A stretch of DNA of 32,000 nucleotides. It comes from Enterobacteriaceae endosymbiont of Donacia provostii (lineage in GTDB: Bacteria; Pseudomonadota; Gammaproteobacteria; Enterobacterales; Enterobacteriaceae). Positions 11,251 to 19,210 of the stretch are shown here, in pieces. Position 1 is the first letter of the stretch, and each line of letters begins with the position of its first letter. The stretch spans positions 122,324-154,323 of the forward strand of contig NZ_CP046206.1 of NCBI RefSeq assembly GCF_012570145.1, given 5' to 3'. Position numbers and translations under genes: made by a program. Below the pieces are notes generated by a model. That model ran no database searches. It was not told the DNA's origin and saw only the letters and a list, made by a program, of their open reading frames with translations.

Positions 11251-12617
11251 ATAAATTAATTAGTTTAAAAAAATTATCACAAATAGTACATGGTAAATTA
11301 ATTGGTGATAATATTAAAATATTAAATTTTTCTATAAATAGTAAAAAAATTAAAAAAAATTGTATTTTTATTGCTATTTGTGGTAATAAATTTGATGGAC
11401 ATCATTTTATTGATGATGCTATTAAAAATGGTGCATTAGCTATATTAGTGCATAAATATATAAATATAAATATTCCTCAAATAATTGTATTTGATACTAT
11501 TATAGGATTAGGTAAATTAGGTTTATGGAAAAGAATGCAATTTACTAATAATGTAATTGGTATTACTGGATCTTGTGGTAAAACATCAGTTAAGGAAATG
11601 ACTGTATCTATTTTAAAAAAAAAAAATCAAATTATTTTTACAAAAAAAAATATGAATAATCATATTGGTGTTCCCTTAACCTTATTAAGATTAAATAATA
11701 AGTATAAATATGCTGTTATTGAAATAGGAGGAAGTAAAATAAATGATATTTCTTATCTAGCAAATTTAATTAAACCTAATATTGCAATAATTAATAATAT
11801 TTCTGAGTCACATCTAGAAGGTTTTAAATCTTTAAAAAATATAATTAAAAATAAAAGTGATATTTTTAAATATTTAAAATATAAAGGAACTGCAATTATT
11901 AATTATGATGATAAAAATCAAAAAATAATTTTAAAAAAATTAAATAATAATAAAAATATTTTAACTTTTTCTATAAAAAATAATAAAGCGGATTTTTTTG
12001 CTAGAAATGTTTTAATATTACATAATAAAATTAAGTTTTTATTAATTTCACCCATAGGAAAAATATTAATTAAATTATATCTTATTGGAGGTGGAATACA
12101 TAATATTAATAATGCCTTAGCATCAGCAGCATTATCATTTTCTGTAGGATCTACATTAGAAGATATAGCAAATGGTTTAAAAAATTTTAGATCAATTAAA
12201 GGCAGAATGTATCCTATTATTATTGACAATAATAAACTTATAATAAATGATACGTATAATGCAAATCCAAATTCAGTAAGTATAGCAATTAATATTTTAA
12301 AAAAGTTTTCTGGTAAAAAAATTTTAGTGATTGGTGATATGTTAGAACTTGGTGTGTATACAATTTTCTATCATAAAAAAATAAAAAAATTAATTTTAAG
12401 ATCTAATATAGATTATATTTTTAGTATTGGTAAATATAGTAAATGTTTTACTCATAATAATATAAAATCACAACATTTTTTTAATAAAAATATGTTATTA
12501 AAAAAATTATTATTAATAATAAAAAAATTTAATCATTATACTATTTTATTTAAAGGATCACGAAAAAATAGAATAGAATTGTTAATTGAAATGTTATTGG
12601 AGAAATTAAAATGTTAA
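11247..12617 (+). CDS. murF: UDP-N-acetylmuramoyl-tripeptide--D-alanyl-D-alanine ligase
   Basis: 456 aa. Contains the Mur ligase P-loop GITGSCGKTS, NNHIGVPLTLL, IINDTYNANPNS and GDMLELG. Sits in the canonical position between murE and mraY and overlaps both neighbours. Confidence 0.93.
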   Translation: MNKLISLKKLSQIVHGKLIGDNIKILNFSINSKKIKKNCIFIAICGNKFDGHHFIDDAIKNGALAILVHKYININIPQIIVFDTIIGLGKLGLWKRMQFTNNVIGITGSCGKTSVKEMTVSILKKKNQIIFTKKNMNNHIGVPLTLLRLNNKYKYAVIEIGGSKINDISYLANLIKPNIAIINNISESHLEGFKSLKNIIKNKSDIFKYLKYKGTAIINYDDKNQKIILKKLNNNKNILTFSIKNNKADFFARNVLILHNKIKFLLISPIGKILIKLYLIGGGIHNINNALASAALSFSVGSTLEDIANGLKNFRSIKGRMYPIIIDNNKLIINDTYNANPNSVSIAINILKKFSGKKILVIGDMLELGVYTIFYHKKIKKLILRSNIDYIFSIGKYSKCFTHNNIKSQHFFNKNMLLKKLLLIIKKFNHYTILFKGSRKNRIELLIEMLLEKLKC

Positions 12618-13693
12618 TTATATTACTAAAATACTTAAAAAATTATTTTAAATATTTAAATTATTTTTTAATAGATTTTAAAATACGTTCTATGATGACA
12701 CTTATAACATCATTTAGTATAACATTTTATTTAATTCCAATTTTTATTCATTATTTTAATAAAAATAAAATTTCTCAAATAATTAGAAAAGATGGACCAA
12801 TAACACATTTTACAAAAAAAAAAACCCCTACTATGGGAGGTATAATCATATTATTATCTATTTTTATTTCAGTAATAATCTGGTCAGATTTATCTAATAA
12901 ATATATTTTATATATATTGTTTATAACATTTTTATATTTTATAATTGGTTTTATAGATGATTTTTATAAAATTATTTTAAAAAATTCTATAGGGTTAACT
13001 GCGTATAAAAAAATTTTTTTACAATCAATTGCTAATATTTTTTTTATATTATCTATAATAATAGATTATAAAAAAAAATTATATATACAATTTATTATTC
13101 CTTTTACACATCATATTATTATTTATAATATAAATATTATTTTGTATATATTATTATGTTATTTCATTATATTAATAATGAGTAATGCTGTAAATTTAAC
13201 TGATGGATTAGATGGTTTAGCAATTATGCCAATTATTTTTATTGCATTAGGATTAATTTTTTTATCTTATTTAACAGGGAATATATATTTTTCTAAATAT
13301 TTTAATTTTATTTATGTAGAAAATTCTACAGAATTAATAATTATTTGTTTATCTATAATTGGTTCAGGATTAGCCTTTTTATGGTACAATGCATATCCAG
13401 CAAAGATATTTATGGGAGATGTAGGTTCATTACCTTTAGGTTGTCTTGTTTCAGTAATTGCAATTTTAATAAAACAAGAATTTTTATTTCTTATAATGTG
13501 TATTATATTCATAGTTGAATTTATTTCAGTAATTATTCAAATCATTAAATTTAAATATAATAAAAAAAGATTTTTTTTAATGGCTCCATTACATCATCAT
13601 TATGAATTAAAAGGTATTTCAGAATCTTGTATTATTATTAGATTTTGGATTATTTCATTAATATTAATATTCTTTACTTTTATAATAATATAA
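12611..13693 (+). CDS. mraY: phospho-N-acetylmuramoyl-pentapeptide transferase
   Basis: 360 aa. Contains DGPITHFTKKKTPTMGG, NAVNLTDGLDGLAIMP, FMGDVGSLPLG, MAPLHHHYELKG and IIRFWIISL. The N-terminus MLIILLKYL parallels E. coli MLVWLAEHL. Confidence 0.96.
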   Translation: MLIILLKYLKNYFKYLNYFLIDFKIRSMMTLITSFSITFYLIPIFIHYFNKNKISQIIRKDGPITHFTKKKTPTMGGIIILLSIFISVIIWSDLSNKYILYILFITFLYFIIGFIDDFYKIILKNSIGLTAYKKIFLQSIANIFFILSIIIDYKKKLYIQFIIPFTHHIIIYNINIILYILLCYFIILIMSNAVNLTDGLDGLAIMPIIFIALGLIFLSYLTGNIYFSKYFNFIYVENSTELIIICLSIIGSGLAFLWYNAYPAKIFMGDVGSLPLGCLVSVIAILIKQEFLFLIMCIIFIVEFISVIIQIIKFKYNKKRFFLMAPLHHHYELKGISESCIIIRFWIISLILIFFTFIII

Positions 13694-13713
13694 TTTCTGA
13701 TAAAATTAAGATA

Positions 13714-15027
13714 ATGAATAAAAAAATACTTATTATAGGTTTAGGAATAACAGGTATATCTTGTTTAAATTTTCTTTTAAAGAAGAAAATAATTCCTGCT
13801 ATCATTGATGAATATACAAATCCTACATTTATAAAGAAAATACCTCCGTATATACCATATCATTTAGGTTCTTTAAATAAAGATTGGATACTTAATGCAG
13901 AATTAATTATTTTAAGTCCAGGTATATCAATATTTAACAATATCATATTACAAGCTAAAAAAAAAAAAATTGAAATTATTGGAGATATAGAATTATTTAG
14001 TCGTTATAACAATACTCCCTTAATAGCTATAACTGGTACTAATGGTAAAAGTACTGTTACTAATATGTTAGCTAAAGTTATGAGAAAAAATAATTTTAAA
14101 ATTAGTATTGGAGGTAATATTGGATATCCAGTATTAGATTTATTATCTCTTAAAAGAGATTTTTATATTTTAGAAATATCAAGTTTTCAATTAGAAACAA
14201 TTAAAAAATTAAATATATATATTGCTATAATTCTAAATATTTCACAGGATCATATGGATAGATATCCCTTAGGTATTAAACAATACCGTAATTTTAAATT
14301 ACGTATTTTTAAATACGCTAATATTTGTATATATAATTCTGATGATATATTATGTTATCCTAAACAATTTTATAATAATAAAAAATATATTACTTTTGGT
14401 CAAAATTCTGGTGATTATTCTCTTTCCATTAAAGGAAATGGGATTTATTTAAAAATAAATAATCAAAAAATATTTGATTTTAATAAAACTCAATTAATTG
14501 GTATACATAATTATTTAAATTCTTTATCTGTATTAGCTGTTACTGATATTTTAAAAATTCCTAAAAAAAATTTTTTCAAAGAAATTTGTAATTATAAAAA
14601 TATGCATCATACATTACAAATTATTCATCAAGAATACGGAATAACTTGGATTAATGATTCAAAATCTACTAATATTAGTAGTACAAAAGCTGCTTTACGA
14701 TATTTACATGATAAAAAAAAAATTTGGTTACTTTTAGGAGGTTATGACAAAAATTGTGAATTATATTTATTAATAAAATATTTAAAAAAAAAAAATAATA
14801 TAAAAGTATTATGTTTTGGTCAATCAAGTAAAAAAATACTATCTATATATTCTAAAGCAATTAAAGTAAATACAATGTATGAAGGTGTAAAAAAAATTAT
14901 TAAATTAGTAAAATATGGAGATATTGTATTATTATCTCCAGCATGTTCTAGTATTGATCAATTTCAAAATTTTAAACAGCGTGGAAATGAGTTTATTAGA
15001 ATAGTAAAATCTATGTATCATAGATAA
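13714..15027 (+). CDS. murD: UDP-N-acetylmuramoylalanine--D-glutamate ligase
   Basis: I prefer the ATG at 13714 (MNKKILIIGLGITG, a Rossmann-type N-terminus as in E. coli MurD) over the track start at 13645, which would overlap mraY by 49 nt. Contains ITGTNGKSTV, ISSFQLE and SPACSSIDQFQNFKQRG. Confidence 0.92.
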   Translation: MNKKILIIGLGITGISCLNFLLKKKIIPAIIDEYTNPTFIKKIPPYIPYHLGSLNKDWILNAELIILSPGISIFNNIILQAKKKKIEIIGDIELFSRYNNTPLIAITGTNGKSTVTNMLAKVMRKNNFKISIGGNIGYPVLDLLSLKRDFYILEISSFQLETIKKLNIYIAIILNISQDHMDRYPLGIKQYRNFKLRIFKYANICIYNSDDILCYPKQFYNNKKYITFGQNSGDYSLSIKGNGIYLKINNQKIFDFNKTQLIGIHNYLNSLSVLAVTDILKIPKKNFFKEICNYKNMHHTLQIIHQEYGITWINDSKSTNISSTKAALRYLHDKKKIWLLLGGYDKNCELYLLIKYLKKKNNIKVLCFGQSSKKILSIYSKAIKVNTMYEGVKKIIKLVKYGDIVLLSPACSSIDQFQNFKQRGNEFIRIVKSMYHR

Positions 15028-15086
15028 TATTATTATATTAAATTAATATATTAAATATTTTAAATATTAATTTGTTATTCTATAAC

Positions 15087-16145
15087 ATGAAAAAAAAAAT
15101 TCTTATAGTAGCTGGAGGTACTGGAGGACATATCAATCCAGCATTAAATATAGCATATTTTTTAAAAAAAAAAGATTGGGAAGTGCGTTGGTTAGGAACA
15201 AAATCAAGAATGGAGGCAGAAATTATTCCTAAAAAAAATATACATATTTATTTTATAGATTTTTATAGATTTAAAAATAAAAATATTTTTTCTATTATTT
15301 TTACTTTTATTAAATTATTTATATCACTTTATAAATCTATTTTAATTTATAAAAAATATAAACCACATATAATTTTAACAATGGGTAGTTATATTTCTGG
15401 ACCTAGTGGTTTAGCTGCATGGTTATGTAGAATTCCATTAATAATACATGAACAAAATAGTATTCCAGGTTTAACAAATATGATTTTATCTAAAATTGCT
15501 ACAAAAATTATGCAAGCATATCCTAATACATTTGCTAATGCTATACTAGTAGGAAATCCTTTAAATAATAAAATTATTAAATTATCCTTATATAAAAGAA
15601 AAATTTTTAAAATACATAAACCTATTCGTGTATTAATTACAGGAGGAAGTCAAGGAGCATATATAATAAATAAAATAGGTATAAAATTAATTAAAATTTT
15701 AAAAAATAAAATATTTATTATACATCAAGTAGGAAAGGGTAACTTTAAAAAAGTATATTTTCAATATAAAAAATATAATTTTAATAATTTTATTATAAAA
15801 GAATATATTCAAAATATTCATAAAGCATATAAATGGGCTGATATAATAATATGTAGATCAGGAGCTATGACTGTTAGTGAAATTACAGCAGTAGGTTTAC
15901 CAGCTATTTTTATACCATTTCCACATAAAGATAAACAACAATATTTTAATGCAATATATTTACAAAATATAGGAATAGCTAAAATTTTTGAACAAAAAAA
16001 TATAAATATTTATGATATTGCTAATTTAATAGCAAATCTTAATAAAGATAAAATTATGCATATAATAAATAAATCTTATAATTTATCTATAATAAATTCT
16101 GTAGAATTAATTTTTCAAGAATTAAATAAAATAAAAATTTATTAA
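15087..16145 (+). CDS. murG: undecaprenyldiphospho-muramoylpentapeptide beta-N-acetylglucosaminyltransferase
   Basis: The ATG at 15087 gives MKKKILIVAGGTGGHINP, matching the E. coli G-loop MAGGTGGHVFP. Also present: VRWLGT..RMEA, HEQNSIPGLTN, GGSQGA, CRSGAMTVSEI and KDKQQYFNA. The track start at 15072 is a TTG five codons upstream. Confidence 0.92.
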   Translation: MKKKILIVAGGTGGHINPALNIAYFLKKKDWEVRWLGTKSRMEAEIIPKKNIHIYFIDFYRFKNKNIFSIIFTFIKLFISLYKSILIYKKYKPHIILTMGSYISGPSGLAAWLCRIPLIIHEQNSIPGLTNMILSKIATKIMQAYPNTFANAILVGNPLNNKIIKLSLYKRKIFKIHKPIRVLITGGSQGAYIINKIGIKLIKILKNKIFIIHQVGKGNFKKVYFQYKKYNFNNFIIKEYIQNIHKAYKWADIIICRSGAMTVSEITAVGLPAIFIPFPHKDKQQYFNAIYLQNIGIAKIFEQKNINIYDIANLIANLNKDKIMHIINKSYNLSIINSVELIFQELNKIKIY

Positions 16146-16155
16146 TATCTAAATA

Positions 16156-17619
16156 ATGATATATAAAAAAATGTCTAATATAATTAATACTCAAAAAACA
16201 TTTAAAATAAATAATATTAATCATATATATTTTATTGGTATTGGTGGATCTGGTATGGGAGGTATTGCAAAAATTTTATTTAAACAAGGATATCAAATTA
16301 GTGGTTCAGATTTAACTTCGAATTTAATTACTAAAGATTTAATTTCATTAGGTATTACTATTTATTTTAAACAAGAAATTAAGAATATTACAAATAATAT
16401 AGATCTTATAATAAGATCTAGTGCTATTAAAAATAATAATCCAGAACTAATTATAGCAAAAAAATTAAATATTATGGTAATTAGTAGAGGACAAATGTTA
16501 GCAGAATTAATGAGATTTTATTATGGAATTAGTATTACAGGAACTCATGGTAAAACTACAACAACTGCTATGATTTATGAAATATATAAATTATCTGGAT
16601 TAGATCCTACATTTATAAATGGAGGTATATTAAAAAATACTAAAGAATATGCTTATTTAGGTTCTAGTAAATACTTTATTACAGAAGCAGATGAAAGTGA
16701 TAGATCTTTTTTATATTTAAAACCAATTATAAATATTATAACAAATATTGAAAACGAACATCTAGATTTTTATAATAATAACATAGAAATTTTAAAAAAA
16801 AATTTTTTAAAATTTTGTAAAAAAATCCCATTTTATGGCAGTATAATTATTTGTATAGATAATGTTCATAATTTTGATTTAATAAAAAATTATTTGTTTA
16901 ATTGTAAATGTAATTTAATTACATACGGTTTTCATAAAAATGCTGATATACAATTATATAATTACAAACAAAATGGTTATAAAAGTCAATTTTATATATT
17001 AGAAAAAAAAAATAATTTATCATTAAAAATTAATTTAAATATTCCTGGATATCATAATGCTTTAAATGCAACTGCAGCATATACTGTATCTAAATTTAAT
17101 AATATAAATGAAAAAATAATTTTAAAATCATTAGAAAATTTTAATGGTATTATACGTAGATTTGATATTTTAGGTATAATTTTTCCAAAAAAACAAATAA
17201 AATATAAACAAAATATTATTGTTATCAATGATTATGGACATCACCCAACAGAAATAAATCTAACAATAGAGACAGCACGTAAAATATGGCCAAATAGAAA
17301 TTTAATAATGATTTTTCAACCCCATCGTTATTCTAGAACTAAAAATTTACTAAATTATTTTGTTCAAATATTATCTAAAGTGGATAAATTATTTTTATTA
17401 CAAGTTTATTCAGCTGGAGAAAATTTTATAAAAAATGCTGATAGTAGATATCTATTTAAAAAAATAAAAAAATTAGGTATTATTTTACCTAAATTAATAT
17501 ATTTTACAGATTATTATAGTATATCTAATTATATACTATCTAAATTGAAAGGAAATGAAATAGTAATTTTTCAAGGTGCAGGTGATATTAATAAAATATC
17601 ATCATTACTTATAAAATGA
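16156..17619 (+). CDS. murC: UDP-N-acetylmuramate--L-alanine ligase
   Basis: 487 aa. Contains HIYFIGIGGSGMGGIAKIL..QGYQISGSD, ITGTHGKTTTTAM, TEADESDRSF, DYGHHPTEI and FQPHRYSRT. Ends with TGA at about the E. coli length. Confidence 0.95.
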   Translation: MIYKKMSNIINTQKTFKINNINHIYFIGIGGSGMGGIAKILFKQGYQISGSDLTSNLITKDLISLGITIYFKQEIKNITNNIDLIIRSSAIKNNNPELIIAKKLNIMVISRGQMLAELMRFYYGISITGTHGKTTTTAMIYEIYKLSGLDPTFINGGILKNTKEYAYLGSSKYFITEADESDRSFLYLKPIINIITNIENEHLDFYNNNIEILKKNFLKFCKKIPFYGSIIICIDNVHNFDLIKNYLFNCKCNLITYGFHKNADIQLYNYKQNGYKSQFYILEKKNNLSLKINLNIPGYHNALNATAAYTVSKFNNINEKIILKSLENFNGIIRRFDILGIIFPKKQIKYKQNIIVINDYGHHPTEINLTIETARKIWPNRNLIMIFQPHRYSRTKNLLNYFVQILSKVDKLFLLQVYSAGENFIKNADSRYLFKKIKKLGIILPKLIYFTDYYSISNYILSKLKGNEIVIFQGAGDINKISSLLIK

Positions 17620-17677
17620 TACAATTTTTGTTGTATAAATATTATACTTAATAATTAAAAATATAAGTATTATTAAT

Positions 17678-18601
17678 ATGTCTAATAAAATAGTTGTTTT
17701 ATTTGGAGGTAATTCTCTTGAGAGAGAAATATCTTTAAAATCTGGTAAAGCAATTTTAAATACTCTAATAAAATTAGGTATTAATGCTATTGGAATAGAT
17801 CCAATTAATTTTCCATTATTACACTTAAAACAGTATGGTTTTAAAAAAGCTTTTATAGCCCTACATGGGAGAGGAGGTGAAGATGGAACTATACAAGGAA
17901 TATTAGACTATTTAAATATTCCTTATACTGGTAGTGGAATATTATCATCAGCATTAACGATAAATAAATTTTTAACTAAAATGATTTGGAAAGAATATGG
18001 ATTACCAATTATTTATCCATATTTTTTATTAAATAAAAAATATTTTATTAAAAAAAATTACTTAAAAATAGAAAAAAAAATTTTAAAAATAAAATTACCT
18101 ATTATTGTTAAACCTAATTGTAATGGATCTAGTTTAGGTATTTTTAAAATAAATAATATAGATAATTTATTTAATATATTAGAAAAAGCTTTTATATATG
18201 ATAATAATCTTTTAATAGAAAGATATATAAAAGGTACAGAGTATACAGTTGGAATATTAAATAATAAAATATTACCTCCTATAAAAATAGAATATTCAAA
18301 TATTTTCTATGATTATCAATCTAAATATTATTTAAATAATACTAAATATTTTTGTCCTAGTGGTTTAAGTTTACAAAAAGAAAAAGAATTAGAAAATATA
18401 ATTTTAAAAGCTTGGAAAGTTTTAAACTGTAAAATATGGGGCAGAATAGATGTGATTTTAGATAAGAAAAAAAAATTTAAACTACTTGAAATTAATACTA
18501 TTCCAGGAATGACATCAAAAAGTTTATATCCTATAGCAGCAAAAAAAGCAGGATTATCTTTTGATAATTTAATTATAAAAATTTTATCTTTAACTAAATA
18601 A
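17678..18601 (+). CDS. ddlB: D-alanine--D-alanine ligase
   Basis: 307 aa. Contains KIVVLFGGNSLEREISLKSG, FIALHGRGGEDGTIQG, PYTGSGILSSAL, VKPNCNGSSLG, GRIDVILD and EINTIPGMTSKSL, colinear with E. coli DdlB. Confidence 0.95.
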   Translation: MSNKIVVLFGGNSLEREISLKSGKAILNTLIKLGINAIGIDPINFPLLHLKQYGFKKAFIALHGRGGEDGTIQGILDYLNIPYTGSGILSSALTINKFLTKMIWKEYGLPIIYPYFLLNKKYFIKKNYLKIEKKILKIKLPIIVKPNCNGSSLGIFKINNIDNLFNILEKAFIYDNNLLIERYIKGTEYTVGILNNKILPPIKIEYSNIFYDYQSKYYLNNTKYFCPSGLSLQKEKELENIILKAWKVLNCKIWGRIDVILDKKKKFKLLEINTIPGMTSKSLYPIAAKKAGLSFDNLIIKILSLTK

Positions 18602-18623
18602 GTTAAATTTAAAATTTTTCTAT

Positions 18624-19091
18624 TTAATTAGAAGCGATTTTAATAAATCTTTTTATTGTTAAACGTAATTTTAATGAACTTTTTTTAGAAATATTAAGTA
18701 ATAAATTAGCACTAAATTTACTTAATGTAATTTTTTTGATTTTTATTTTTTTATATTTTTTTTTTTTTATAAAAATAGGATTTATTTTAATATTTATTTC
18801 TTTAAATGAAGGATTTATATATTTTTTTATATAAAATAAAATATTAGATTTTTCATATAAAAATCTAAACATAGAACTAGCATTATTAGTTTCTATAATA
18901 ATAATATTATTTCTTATATTTTTAATATTATACCTACAATGTAATTGTATTGGTAAATATTTTTTGATAATCTTATTGATTTTTATTAAAATATTCGTAT
19001 GTGTATATATTTTATATAATATCTTTGTATAAGAAGAATAATATTTTTGTTTAAAAAGTTTATTAATTAATAATACTTTATTATTACGCAT
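18624..19091 (-). CDS. small basic protein, putative DUF721/DciA-like replicative helicase loader
   Basis: 155 aa with no competing ORF, divergent from secA. The central segment LPIQLHCRYNIKNIRNNIIIIETNNASSMFRFLYEKSNILFYIKK....FKEINIKINP fits my recollection of the gammaproteobacterial DUF721 core pattern (LP..L..HC.V.N.R.G.L.L...SAAWATRLRY....LL..L.......I.I.V.P). The position between the dcw/lpxC block and secA is where I recall DUF721 genes sitting in Pseudomonas, Shewanella and Vibrio-type genomes. The match rests on memory, not a search. Confidence 0.5.
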   Translation of the reverse strand: MRNNKVLLINKLFKQKYYSSYTKILYKIYTHTNILIKINKIIKKYLPIQLHCRYNIKNIRNNIIIIETNNASSMFRFLYEKSNILFYIKKYINPSFKEINIKINPIFIKKKKYKKIKIKKITLSKFSANLLLNISKKSSLKLRLTIKRFIKIASN

Positions 19092-19210
19092 ATTTTTTAT
19101 CCATCAAATTTTTTATAAAAAAATTATAAACATTTTTTGTATTTTATTTAAATATAAAATAAATAATATTTACAATTATACAATTATATTTTTTATTAAG
19201 AGATATTTAT

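Noticed and set aside
11918-12229. 103-aa ORF on the - strand
   Set aside because: Antisense inside murF; a spurious AT-rich ORF.
13312-13512. 66-aa ORF on the - strand
   Set aside because: Antisense inside the most conserved part of mraY.
13645-13713. Upstream extension of murD (track start at 13645)
   Set aside because: It would overlap mraY by 49 nt and add 23 residues (MDYFININILYFYNNIISDKIKI) with no counterpart in MurD. The ATG at 13714 gives the canonical MNKKILIIGLGITG N-terminus.
15072-15086. TTG start five codons upstream of the murG ATG
   Set aside because: The ATG at 15087 aligns with the E. coli MurG N-terminus, and the extra MLFYN has no support. I cannot exclude it without experimental data.
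19097-19105. DnaA-box-like ttatccatc in the secA/155-aa ORF divergent spacer
   Set aside because: It matches TTATCCACA at 7 of 9 positions, is a single copy, and has no cluster or AT-rich unwinding-element arrangement. It is most likely chance.
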